A stretch of 64,000 nucleotides of DNA from Octopus vulgaris (Eukaryota), in the NCBI GenBank assembly GCA_951406725.2, contig OX597829.1, forward strand, positions 40,982,001 to 41,046,000. The letters run 5' to 3'. Positions 27,360-39,283 of the stretch are shown in pieces. Made by a program: the position numbers and the translations under genes. The first letter of the stretch is position 1, and the number at the start of each line of letters is the position of its first letter. The notes under the pieces are model-generated. The model did not search any database. It was not told where the DNA came from and saw nothing but the letters and a program-made list of their open reading frames with translations.

Positions 27360-28079
27360 AAATAACAAAAGACTGAAATAACAAAAACCAGGACCCGTTG
27401 TGGGATTATATTTCAGAATGCTTCAGTCTTCAGATCAAATTCCAACAAGGTTGGGCTTAAACGAATATGTGAAATTCCATTTGCTATAATACCAGTGAAT
27501 GCTAACTATTGATTCTTTGCAACTCTTGTGGATTCAATCGGATAATGCTCTGAAATTCAAATTGGATAATGCTTTGATATCCAGATTTAATAGTTTATGT
27601 ATTTTGTGGTTTTATAAATCCTATCTAGATATGAAAATATCCACATTTTTGAAGTATCATGCATTGAAAATTTACAGCAACGAATTCTGCCACATATTGA
27701 TGTAACAAGTTTTTCTTAACTTTAAATTTAGCCAAGAACTACTTGGAGATAACAATCTTGCAAACCAATTAAGAATTGATGCAGCACTAGTTCCATCTAA
27801 CAACTCTGAGCTTTCCTACGCAAACCAGACCAGCTTTCTTGTTAAGAAGTAAGTAAAGAAGTTTCAACGGATTTCAAACACTATTATCTCTGGCATCTTT
27901 ACTCTTACACTATTTACAGCTTTATAATTATCTAGATATTAATGTAGTACAACGTATTAATTAATGGTGCTTAGTGTAACTGCGTGCATACCAATGAACG
28001 TGGGAAATTAAAAGTTTCGTGTTTAAATATGTGTCTGTGCGTGCGAGCTTGTGTCTGAATGTGTATTTTACACACACAC

Positions 28080-28362
28080 GTATGTATGTATGTATGTATG
28101 TATGTATGTATGTATGTATGTATGTATGTATGTATGTATATGTGTGCATGTCTGTATGTATGTCTGTCTGTCTGTCTGAATGTATGTATGTATGTATGTA
28201 CGTATGTATGTATGTATATGTGTATATGTCTGTATGTCTGTATGTAATGTATGTATGTATGTATGTATGTATGTATGTATGTATGTATGTATGTATGTAT
28301 GCATGCGTGCATGTATGTATGTATGTATGAATGCATGTATGCATGTACGTGTGTATGTATGT
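28080..28362. repeat. Degenerate (TGTA)n microsatellite
   Basis: Direct reading. Confidence 0.95.
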
Positions 28363-28440
28363 AAACGTAAGGACGAGCAAGTTGATGAAGTCGATATAAA
28401 AAAAATGTTAAATACATTTAATACAAAGAACGTACATATA

Positions 28441-28953
28441 TCTATATATATAAAACTGTAGTTGTGTGAGTGTCTGTCCCCCTCGATTTAGATTCCTAAC
28501 TACTCCCACATTTTGCGGTGCAGTTTAACCAAATTCGGGTATCTTATAGTCGTGATTAATATCGAGCCCGTCTGGCTATTAGCGCGCGTCTACGATGAGT
28601 CTACGATTTTAAAAATAATTTAACATCATTTTTTATTCCATTTTAATGCATAATTTTTCGTGTGTCGATGGCGGCGGAGTTGGCGTCCATGGTCACACCT
28701 GCACCTGTTTGCTTCTCCCCCTTCTTCCCTCCCTCGTGAAGCTGTGGGGAAGGGAGTGTAAGGAAATCAACGTTGTAATGCGTTGTCAAGGAGACCAGCG
28801 TTCTTTTAGAACAACGACTTCATGGCTTGAAAACACCAAAACAGAAATGGCTAAGAAAGCCCGAATTGGTATCTATAAGGGAAGTAACTTTCTAAAAATG
28901 CTTATATAGTTATTTCCCTTACAAACCCGAGCAACGCCGGGCGATACTGCTAG
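28441..28953 (+). mobile_element. Non-autonomous Helitron (family H1)
   Basis: A|TCTATATATATAAAAC...CCCGAGCAACGCCGGGCGATACTGCTAG|T. Confidence 0.9.
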
Positions 28954-29479
28954 TATACATATAAAAGAAGTCCGACTTGCACAGAATGGAAATGACATCA
29001 GGAATTAAGGGGGTTGAGACTCCCCCCCTAATACCTTTTGCTCGGCCGAGCACTACATATAGATAATACTCATAGATAAGAAATTCTTGGGAATGTCTAC
29101 AAAAAATATCGCGATCCCACCAAGGGATATAAACACGGATCTCTTATTAAGGAGATAAATTATTTCAGCCTTATACTATGACTCCTACTCAATCAATCCC
29201 CTTAATTCCTGATATAACCAGCTGATCTAGCAGGCGGGGCCTCATATCAGTGAGAGGGACCGGTGCGCATTGATGCCGTCGAGAGGTAGGGCCCGAAACG
29301 GCGCGCACTCTCTCCTGATGACCCCATACACTTGCTGGCTTCCGGTATACGGAGCTTTTGACTGGTAGCACTTGCATGTGCAAGTTGTTTGCAAGACATC
29401 TATGACTCCTACTCAATCAATCCCCTTAATTCGTGATATCATTTACATTCTGTGTAAGTCGGACTTCTTTTATATGTAT
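28954..29479. mobile_element. Unclassified element with ~58-bp imperfect terminal inverted repeats and an internal 32-bp direct repeat
   Basis: TATACATATAAAAGAAGTCCGACTT.CACAGAATG.AAATGA.ATCA.GAATTAAGGGG and its reverse complement; TATGACTCCTACTCAATCAATCCCCTTAATTC at about 29177 and 29401. Confidence 0.65.
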
Positions 29480-29496
29480 ACATATATATACATATA

Positions 29497-29887
29497 GGCG
29501 CAGGAGTGGCTGTGTGGTAAGTAGCTTGTTTACCAACCACATGGTTCCGGGTTCAGTCCTACTGCGTGGCACCTTGGGCAAGTATCTTCTACTATAGCCT
29601 CGGGCCGACCAAAGCCTTGTGAGTGGATTTGGTAGACGGAAACTGAAAGAAGCCCGTCGTATATATGTATATGTATATATGTGTTTGTGTGTCTGTGTTT
29701 GTCCTCCCAACATCGCTTGTGTTTATGTCACCGTAACTTAGCGGTTCGGCAAAAGAGACCGATAGAATAAGTATTGGGCTTACAAAAGAATAAGTCCCGG
29801 GGTCGAGTTGCTCGATTAAAGGCGGTGCTCCAGCATGGCCGCAGTCAAATGACTGAAACAAGTAAAAGAGTAAAAGAGTAAAAGAGT
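29497..29887 (+). mobile_element. SINE family B, full length
   Basis: Head, CCTTGGGCAAGT (CORE-like start), (TA/TG)n, tail (AAAAGAGT)3. Confidence 0.92.
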
Positions 29888-30052
29888 ATATGTATGTTCT
29901 TTGTATTGAATGTATTCAATATATTTTGTATATTGACTTGGCTAACTTGCTTTGCCTTAAATTTACTCCTCTGCCTACTCAAGTTTAAATCTCTTGAGCA
30001 CTACGAAGTGTATTCTATACTGAGAATACCAGTCTCGAATTTATAAACTATA

Positions 30053-30304
30053 AGTATGTATGTATATGTATGTATGTACGTATGTATGTATGTATGTATG
30101 TATGTATGTATGTATGTATGTATGTATGTATGTATGTATGTATGTATGTATGTATGCGTGCGTGTATGTATGTATGTATGTATGTATGTATGTATGTATG
30201 TATGTATGTATGTATGTATGTATGTATGTGTCTAAGCATAAATATATAATTATCTATAATCATATAAGTATATATATGTATATAATTATGTGATTATATA
30301 TATG

Positions 30305-30350
<46 letters not shown>

Positions 30351-30415
30351 TGTATGTATGTATGTATGTATGTATGTATGTATGTATGCATGAATGTATG
30401 TATGTATGTATGTAT
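30053..30415. repeat. Two (TGTA)n tracts
   Basis: Direct reading. Confidence 0.95.
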
Positions 30416-30797
30416 ATATCCGTTGAACATGAAGTACATGTAGGATAGAAAAATATCGCAGACTTCCATTTTTTTTTGTCAAAAGGATTTTTTTAACCAA
30501 ATATCTTCACGCATTTATTAATAGCATTATCAACTTCGAGTTCAACCGTTAGATATTAATTATTTCACATTCTCTCGAAGATTTTAATTTTTTTTTTTTA
30601 AACTTTTTATGACTTTACTGCATCTCTTGGTTAAGAAATAGATACCTATACACCCTTCCACAAACCTATTGTGCGTTAATTAACGTAATTAGACTTTCAC
30701 CACTCTCGTAAGATGTTCAGAAAATATGTCCCCAAGACGATTTGATCAATCTTCTTCTTGACAGAGTTCTTCTAAAGAGTAGCACCAAAAATAACAG

Positions 30798-31571
30798 ATT
30801 GGCTATATGCTAAGAAACTTGCTTCCCAGCCACATGGTTTTGGGTTCAGCCCCACTGCATGGTAACTTGGGCAAGTGTTTTCTACTATAGCCTCGGGCAC
30901 ACGAAAGCCTTGTGAGTGGATTTGGTAGATGGAAACTGAAAGAAACCCGTCGGATGTGTGTGTGTGTGTGTGTGTTTTGTCTCCCAAAGCCGCTTGACAA
31001 CCAGTTTTGGTGTGTTTATGTTCCCGTAATTGAGCGGTTCGACAAAAGATATCGATAGAATAAGTACCAAGATTTTTAAAAAGTACTTGGATCGATTCAT
31101 TTATCTGAAATTGGATCTTTTCGGTTTGAACAGCAGTTTTTACATAATTTCTAGATAACTAAAAAATTTTAAACTTCGTATACTGGTAGAATGTGTTTAT
31201 AAAAGATCGTTTTCTCTTGGCTATAGTTTGTAAGATATTTGTTGTTATTTTTTCTTCAATTTCTGCAATTTCAACCAATCAATGACGTCTATTGAGGTAA
31301 AAAGAAAACATTCTGTGCCGTATGAATATGCCCCTCGTTTAAGAAACAGATTGGGTTTATTTACATTTGTGAAGAAAAAAGATACCCTAACCCTAACCCC
31401 TAACCCTAACCCTAAAACAGATTTAAATGCAATAGATCGATACTAGGGTCATAATTATGGGTGACAATTTCATATGACACCGCTAGAAAACTGCCGTTCA
31501 AACGGAAAATATCCCTGAAATTCTTCAAGATGGTGCACCAACCATCATCGCAGTAAATTGACTGAAACAGG
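30798..31571 (+). mobile_element. Diverged SINE family B interrupted by a MITE
   Basis: SINE B sequence resumes after 31522 (CTTCAAGATGGTGC..GACTGAAACA). Confidence 0.8.
31113..31514 (-). mobile_element. MITE (GGATC-TIR family), third copy
   Basis: Reverse orientation with CCCTAA repeats; TSD CTGAAATT at 31105-31112 and 31515-31522. Confidence 0.92.
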
Positions 31572-31599
31572 TTGGAGAGAGACACCAACAAAAGAAATA

Positions 31600-32585
31600 G
31601 AAATAATATTTGGTATGACAACGACGCTTCACCTATGAATGAGTTAAGTAGGGCATTTAAGAAAATCCTACGCACAACTGACCTTAAGATTAAAGTTGTA
31701 GAAAAGACAGGTAGGACTATCAAATCTTCTTTAAGATTTGATAGTCCTACCTGTCTTTTCTACAACTAATTAATTAATGAGTGTGACTACCCAATTGAAA
31801 AGATCTAGTAAGTAAATCATACCCATTTGATAGAATCACGTGTCAGAATAATTGTGCAGTATGTTCTTCAAACCCACATATGAACTGCAAGAAGAAAAAT
31901 ACTGTATACCAGACTAGCACTATGACCCGGCAACGCCGGGTCATAGTGCTAGTGCATGTATATACAGCTGCGTGCGTGCGCACATACACGCGAGTACTGT
32001 CCAAATCCCCGACCAATCACAGCTAGCTGGCATACAATTGGCGTATCAAGTTTCGGGCATTCTGATTGGGTTTTGGATAGACAATTCACAAAAGGTCACT
32101 TCTATTGATTTTTTTAATGGCTTTGCGGGGTGACTGGGGAAATGTAAAGATGTGCACGACCACCCTTGGACGGTTTTGAATGACCATAGAAAGTGCGAGC
32201 CCTCTAACTGAAAAAAATTGTGGATTTGTATAAAGGATACACACACACACAGACATTTTGCCGTTTATATATATAGAGAGATTAAGTGCCAAGAAATGAC
32301 TTGTGGGATTATCCCAGAGTCATATATTGGTGAAACTTCCAGGAGCATCAATGATAGGTTGAAAGAAAACCTACACTGAAAAAGAAAAAAATCTTCTATT
32401 AGCATGCTGCAGACTGACACAATTCTCCTTTGTGAGACTTAGGTTAGACATCCTATCTACACATCCCACTGATGCAATGCTGAGACAAGTCACCGAAGCT
32501 GTCTGTATACGGGAATACAAACCCAACCTCAACCGTAAATCCGAATGGGGTAACACCCAGATTCCACTCAGAAGCACCCATCTAT
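31600..32585 (+). mobile_element. Penelope-like element ORF remnant (linker plus GIY-YIG endonuclease), split by a Helitron
   Basis: KIKVVEKTGRTIKSSL; CQNNCAVCSSNPHMNCKKKNTVYQ|IKCQEMTCGIIPESYIGETSRSINDRLKE; RQVTEAVCIREYKPNLNRKSEWG. Confidence 0.85.
31914..32281 (-). mobile_element. Non-autonomous Helitron (family H2)
   Basis: Minus strand starts TCTCTCTATATATATAAACGGC and ends in CTAG; perfect 18-bp hairpin at 31914-31952; A|T target. Confidence 0.87.
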
Positions 32586-32670
32586 AATCACCCCTTTCTC
32601 TCATTTACATGTAGAAATCCATACATACATGTTGAGATGCATGATACTGAAATATATATATGTAATTATA

Positions 32671-32890
32671 CCGGAGTAAACACATATATGTGAAACAAGG
32701 TGGAAAAAAGAGTACTCAAATACCAGTGGTAGAGTAATATGCTTTATTTTAAGCAGTAGAAAATTCAACAAAATCTGTTACTCTGAGTTTCTCATTGCCG
32801 TTCATCAGACAGTTTTTGCTGTCTGATGAACGGCAATGAGAAACTCAGAGTAACAGATTTTGTTGAATTTTCTGCTGCTTAAAATAAAGC
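32671..32890 (-). mobile_element. Short Penelope-type terminal-repeat insertion with inverted end, hammerhead motif and 13-bp TSD
   Basis: 76-bp inverted arms 32737-32812 / 32819-32894; TSD ATATGTAATTATA at 32658-32670 and 32891-32903. Confidence 0.75.
32819..32856 (+). ncRNA. Minimal type I hammerhead ribozyme motif (weak stem II); mirrored on the minus strand in the other arm
   Basis: CTGT-CTGATGA-ACGGCAATGA-GAAA-CTCAGAG-TA-ACAG: stem I CTGT/ACAG, near-palindromic stem III. Confidence 0.6.
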
Positions 32891-32934
32891 ATATGTAATT
32901 ATATATAGTTGTATGGGTGTACATAAATTAACAT

Positions 32935-33222
32935 GTATTTACGTATGTGTAAATGTATGTGTATTTTAGCTTGTGAGTGTATGTATGTGAGTATGTGTGT
33001 ATGAGTGCGTATGTGCAATTACGTATGGGTATGTGTGCATATATATGTAAATATATATATTGTGTCTGTCTGTCTGTCTGTATGTATGTATGTATGTATG
33101 TATGTATGTATGTATGTATGTATGTATATGTATGCATGTATGTATGTATGCATGTATGTATGTATGCATGCATGTATGTATGCATGTACGTATGTTTGTA
33201 TGTGTGTATGTATGTATGTATG

Positions 33223-33258
<36 letters not shown>

Positions 33259-33344
33259 TATATGTATGCATGTATGTATGTATATATGTATGTATGTATG
33301 TATGTAAGTATGTGTGTGTGTATGTATGTATGTATGTATGTATG

Positions 33345-33380
<36 letters not shown>

Positions 33381-34260
33381 TATATGTATGCATGTATGTA
33401 TGCACATATATATGTACATGTCTAAGTAAAATACGAAAAAAGACGAAAAAAAAAAAAAGAAAGTTGTCTGTGAAAATGGATAAACTGATATATGTGTATA
33501 CGTGTTGACATGAGTGTGTGTGATTGTATAGTTGTATAGGCATGTTTAATTTTGCATGTATGTATCTATTCACCGTTAGACGGAGGTGAAAGGAACATGT
33601 ATATATACAACCCTCAACAGAGTAACAGCTATATATATACATGAATAGACATACACATATCAGTACATAAACATACGCATACATGTACATACACATATGC
33701 ACACACACGCAGACACGTTTACACACATACGTAAATGCGTACATACATACATATACGCTATATACTTGCATACACATATACACATATGCATATGCATACG
33801 TACATACATACATACATACATACATACATACATACATACATAAATACATACATAAATACATACATATGTAAATACACACATACATATATAAATACATACA
33901 TACATAAATACATACATACATAACATACATACATACATACATGCATGCATACATACATACATGCATACATACATAAATACATACATACATACATTCATAC
34001 ATACATACATACATACATACATACATACATAAATACATACATACATACATAAATACATACATACATACATACATACATACATACATACATAAATACATAC
34101 ATACATACATACATACATACATACATACATACATTCATACATACATACATACATACATACATACATAAATACATACATACATACATACATACATACATAC
34201 ATACATACATACATACATACATACATACATACATACATACATACATACATACATACATAC
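32935..34260. repeat. Large (TGTA)n and (TACA)n degenerate microsatellite blocks in opposite orientation
   Basis: TGTA-rich to about 33420, TACA-rich from about 33650. Confidence 0.93.
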
Positions 34261-34295
34261 TATGAACTAACTATTACTTTCTCAGATGCAGCACG

Positions 34296-34432
34296 GAATT
34301 TTGTCAGCAAACAGGTCGTGGTTTCAAAGCGACGAAAATATTTTGACACAAATTGAATTTAAATATTGAAGTGAAAACTCACGGTTTTCGTGTTTTCTTA
34401 ATTGGCTTACAAACACCTTCCATGCTGCAATT
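34296..34432 (+). repeat. Copy of the repeat that forms the fold-back at 36248-36494
   Basis: AACAGGTCG.GGT.TCAAAGCGAC.AAAATATTTTGACA..AATTTAAAT.TTGAAGTGAA shared. Confidence 0.8.
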
Positions 34433-34504
34433 AAAAGATAAAATAATGAAATATTGTATCCACCTAAGCCAGAAGATCCATGAAGAGAGCCATGCAAAGA
34501 ATAC

Positions 34505-34843
34505 AGTTCTCCTTATGAGAGCTCAAGATCTCTCGTGGAAGCGTCATCCAACCAAAGTACAAATATATGGGAAATTACCACCTGTATCATCTCTTGTGAA
34601 AGGTAGGAGAGCCCAGTTTGCTGGACATTGTTGTAGAGCTGAAAACAAGGTAATTTCTACTCTTCTCCTCTGGAAGCCATCTACTCGCAATACCAGAGGG
34701 CACACACTCTCCTACTCTGATGTAATCTCCAGGGATACAGGCATCCAGCAACAGGACCTCCGTAATGCTATTATGGACCGTGAAGTCTGGCGTAACATAG
34801 TAAATTCCATTGTCTTGACCACGGTCGAACAATGATGATGAAG
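34505..34843 (+). mobile_element. 5'-truncated RTE-like LINE 3' end with (TGA)n tail and TSD
   Basis: LLMRAQDLSWKRHPT..RRAQFAGHCCR..AIMDREVWRNIV..EQ*; ATACAGTTCTC repeated at 34501-34511 and 34844-34854. Confidence 0.85.
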
Positions 34844-35049
34844 ATACAGTTCTCACTCCCGTCTCCTTAAAAGTTAATACTAGAGAGAATAATTAGAAAG
34901 TTTCGTGGAATCATCAAAACGAAACAGTTTGTTTTTCCCCTTCATGGAAAGCCCCAGAATTTCCAAGCATTTATGCAAATCCCTTGCAACATACTCCAGT
35001 TCATCTATAATAGATTAAAAGATTAAATAGCTTTTTTCTTTTCTTCCAT

Positions 35050-35250
35050 TCTTTTACTTGTCTCAGTCATTTGACTGCAGTCATGCTGGAGCACCTCTTT
35101 TAGTCGAACAAATCGACCCCCCAGGACTTACTCTCTGTAAGCCTTGTACTTTTTCTATCGGGTTCTTTTACCGAACGGCTAAGTTACGGGGACGTAAACA
35201 CACCAGCATCGGTCGTCAAGCGATGGTGGGGGAACAAACACAGATACACA
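35050..35250 (-). mobile_element. SINE family B, 3' half
   Basis: Homology to the B tail module; runs into (TACA)n. Confidence 0.82.
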
Positions 35251-35481
35251 AATACATACATACATACATACATACATGCATACATACATACACGCACGCA
35301 CACATACATACATACATACATACATACATACCTACATACATACATTCATACATACATACATACACACACACATACATACACACACACACACATACATACA
35401 TACATACATACATACATACATACATACATACATACACATACATACATACATACATACACACACACATACATACATGCATAC

Positions 35482-35512
<31 letters not shown>

Positions 35513-35564
35513 CATACATACATACATACATACATACATACATACATACATACATACATACATA

Positions 35565-35935
35565 CAGGGTGATTCAAAAGTCGCCATACATAGGAACAAT
35601 TTATATTTTTATAAGAACAGTTTCTGTTTTTTTTTTTCATTTAACAGGCTCTATTTTATGGTTACCCTTGTTTTGAATACACATTGCAATACGTTTACCC
35701 CATTCATTGTGAACTCGTAATAATAGCACATCTGGTGATACGTGTGCAAAGGAGTTGGTGATGCATTCCTTTGAATGATTTAGGTCTTTTATCTCTCTGA
35801 GATACACCATGCCTTTCAAATGATCCTAAAGATAGAAATCAAGAGGGATCAGATCAGGGAATCTAGGGGATCTTATAAACTGTCCCTTATAAAAAAAAAA
35901 AATTTCCTATGTATGGAGATTTTTTAATCACCCTG
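35565..35935 (-). mobile_element. Internally deleted Tc1/mariner element
   Basis: TIR CAGGGTGATT.AAAA.TC.CCATACATAGGAA at both ends, TA on the left; minus strand SPDLIPLDFYL*DHLKGMVY..RIAMCIQNKGNH. Confidence 0.85.
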
Positions 35936-36027
35936 TCTGTATATATATATATATATAGGTGAGAGTGTTGGTGTGTGAAAGCAAATGGCTGGATGTATAA
36001 AAAATAAAAAAGAGTGAAAAAACTACA

Positions 36028-36168
36028 GAAGGCTTGTGTTATAAGGTTAAAGAATATATTTTAAGTCGTTATGTTAGAAAAATGTTACTATACACAAAAT
36101 TTTATAACATTTTTCTAACATAACGGCTTAAAAATATTCTTTAACCTTATTCTTTAACACAAGCCTTT
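36028..36168. repeat. Imperfect palindrome (~60-bp arms)
   Basis: AAGGCTTGTGTTA..TAAGGTTAAAGAATAT..TTTAAG.CGTTATGTTAGAAAAATGTTA and its reverse complement. Confidence 0.85.
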
Positions 36169-36247
36169 CAGACTATGTTTTTGGAATTTCGGAGATGTAC
36201 TTGCATAGCGAGTGACTTGATCTGAGATCGTGTGAGGGAACGAAAAC

Positions 36248-36494
36248 AATTGCAGCGTGGAAGGGGTTTATAAGCCATTTTAGAAACACACAAAAATTGT
36301 TAGATTCACTTCAACTTCATTTGTCAAAATATTTTCGTTGCTTTGAGACCGCGACCTGTTCACTGACAAAACTAACAGGTCGCGGTCTCAAAGCGACAAA
36401 AAATATTTTGACAAATTAAATTTAAATGTTGAAGTGAATCTAACGGTTTTGTGTGCTTCTTAAATGACTTATAAACACCTTCCCAACTGCAATT
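36248..36494. repeat. Fold-back repeat (~110-bp imperfect arms, 13-bp spacer)
   Basis: GCTTTGAGACCGCGACCTGTT / AACAGGTCGCGGTCTCAAAGC at the centre, extending out to AATTGCAG / CTGCAATT. Confidence 0.87.
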
Positions 36495-37150
36495 ATTTTT
36501 GGAATTTGTTTTTAAGAAATAATTGTTGTCGAAATAATTGTTGCAACCGGAAACTCGCTACGAGGCTAGCGGATTGCAGGAGGAATCTTCAGAAGAAGAA
36601 CTCCTGTCAGAGAAGCGTTGCGGTCCGTTTGTTCCTGACACTTTAAAAGAGCATAACCCACCAAGTAGTGACTCCTAGGTATTATCCTCCTGCTGTTGTT
36701 TAATTGCTACCTCCAGAGGGGATTGAACTTGAAACCTTCGGGTAAGCTTAGTGCTTGGCCACACAAACCACCACATAAACTTGTATTGTTTTAAACTGGG
36801 TTTCTTTCTTCCTATGTTTGTCTACGAACAGCCTTCGTGTGCCTGAAGAGTATCCAACATTATTTTTTGGCTGTGTAGATTTGCGTTAGTAAGCTAGATC
36901 AGTTTAGCGCTGTTGTAGGGTTTCAATGTTCCTCATGCTATTTTAATGCTTTTTCTGCTGTGTACAATATATGATGTATTAGATATTTTATTGTCTGGTG
37001 ATTACGTTTCAGCATCAGACGGCGATTGTGTATAAGATGGGGTGTGTGATTTATATAGCATTAATGAGTTGCAGCTGAGTATATTGTGAGCTGCTGGTAC
37101 TGCAATGCTGGATATCAATGCTGCAGAAGTGAGTTGTGTCATTTTATTCA

Positions 37151-37350
37151 TGGGTTATATGTGATATTAAAGCGGTGAGCTGGCACAACCGTTAATACGC
37201 CGTGGAAAATGCCTTAACGGCATTTCGCCTGTCTTTACGTTCTGAGTTCAAATTCCGTCGAGATCGACTTTGCCTTTCATCCTTTCGGGGTTGATAAAAT
37301 AAAGTACTAGTTGAGCACCGGAGTCGATATAAACGACTTACCCCTTCCCT
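37151..37350 (+). mobile_element. SINE family A-related, diverged
   Basis: Head and core homology. Confidence 0.8.
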
Positions 37351-37482
37351 AAAATGTGTTTATAGTAGAAATGATTATATAGGATATGTGTAGTGAACGG
37401 TGAGTGTTTGAGCTGTGCCATTGATTTGAAAAAAAATCGCTTGCGTAAGATATGGGTTATACTAGTAGGGATAATTTTGGAT

Positions 37483-37830
37483 TACTTACTTGTACTTGTG
37501 GCGGGTTGACTCGGCTTCTTCTACCACCCTCGAGGCATCACGAACCATGACAGCCCACGCACGACGGTCCTGCGCCAGTTCACTGGAGATAGCGAGCCAA
37601 TCACGGTTCCATTGGCGCACCACCTGCGGACCCGTGAGCACGGAGAGGTCCTCCTTAATCGTCGTAACCCAGGTCTTCAGCTGCCCGTCTGTGCGTTTCC
37701 GCCAGTTGGGAAGTGAAGTTGGAAGAAGGACATCACGGCTCAGTTCACCCACCGGACGCCTACATGCATGACCAAACCACCGAAAGCGCCGTTGCAGAAG
37801 GACAGATGGAAGGGGCCACAGAGACAGGCG
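37483..37830 (-). mobile_element. RTE-clade LINE 3' end
   Basis: LQRRFRWFGHACRR..WRKRTDGQLKTWVTTIKEDL..LAQDRRAWAVMVRD; CAAGTA/AAGT short-repeat tail. Confidence 0.85.
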
Positions 37831-38516
37831 AAGTCGGAGAGGCGGGTCCCCAAAAATCCCTCATGTAGAGACGTCCTGTTTTCCGCAGATTATCCGCAGA
37901 CGCAGGGACAGAACGACCGAGGAGCCGCCGGTTGCTGAAACAGACACTCCGGGGATTTAAGTTTGGACTGAGTGAAACGTAATCACTAATAGAAATGTAT
38001 GCATTTTTATCATAACTTTTATTATACTAAGTACTCCAATTCTTATTGATGTTTTCCCTTTCATGCTCTCATCTTGTTTATTTCAGTTTCAAGATCCTTG
38101 TATTTTGACAGCTTCTCCACGTCATTCAAGGCAGTGTTTTGGTCAGAAGGATAAAGACGTCAATCAGCATGCTAATGTTTTTCATACCAAGCCTTCACAA
38201 TCATATCCAGACAGTTTTCCTTGACACCTTGTCAGATTAGGTAAGCATTTAGCAGATGACTGTGGACAGGTCGTTGTCATACACCGCGTTTGATATATAT
38301 CTTTACACCGTTTGTTGTCCGTTTCCACGCTGAAGTGCTGGTATGTTACACACACGTGGCAAAGCTACCGATTCAATCATGTCTGTAAACATATTAAGGA
38401 TTTGGCAACCAAAGATGATAAACTCAATTGTCACGTGGTGCTGGTTGATCACAATCTGCTCTTGATATTATCATCCTTTACAATTTTATCTCTGCTACCT
38501 CGTGTTGTTGTTCTTT

Positions 38517-38803
38517 GTTTGTTCCTTCTCGAGCCACGCCTGGCTCATAAGGGCCGGTTTCCCGGTTTCCTTGGCGTATAGGTTCCACACCTGGACGGGA
38601 CGCCGGTCCGTCGCAGGTGAGCTGCAAGATGCAGGAGGAAAGAGTGAGAGAAAGTTGTGACAAAAGAGTCAGCAGAAGTTCGCCATTACCTTCTGCCGGA
38701 GCCGCGAGGAGCTTAGGTGTTTTCGTTCATAAACACACACATCGCCCGGTCTGAGATTCAAACCCGCGAGTCCGCTGCTCTAACCACTTGGCCATGTGCC
38801 ACC
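38517..38803 (-). mobile_element. SINE family D, full length
   Basis: Head TGGCCAAGTGGTTAGAGCAGCGGACTCGCGG..TTTGAATCTC; 3' module shared with family C. Confidence 0.85.
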
Positions 38804-38911
38804 ACAGCCTCGTGTTGTGGCCAGACATTACTCTTTCACAGATAAAAATCAAACATTTTGATTCTGCTTTTAAGCCCAAAACATTTGTAACACCATTGGC
38901 TTTCACTCTAA

Positions 38912-38912
<1 letters not shown>

Positions 38913-38979
<67 letters not shown>

Positions 38980-39245
38980 TTCCCACTCCCTCTCTTACTC
39001 TCTCTCTCTTTTCCCTCTCCCTCTCTTACTCTCTTTCTCTCTCTCTCTTTCCCACTCTCTCTCTTACTCTCTTTCTCTCTCTCTCTTTTCCCACTCTCTC
39101 TCTTACTCTCTTTCTCCATCTCTCTTTCCCACTCCTTCTCTTACTCTCTTTCTCTCTCTCTTTTCCACTCCCTCTCTTACTCTCTTTCTTTCTCTCTCTC
39201 GCTCTCATCCTCTCTCTCTCGCTCTCATCCTCTCTCTCTCGCTCT

Positions 39246-39283
<38 letters not shown>

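Noticed and set aside
27400-27950. Possible decayed Penelope RT on the minus strand (LLNLDIKAL)
   Set aside because: One weak motif only; cannot be supported by eye.
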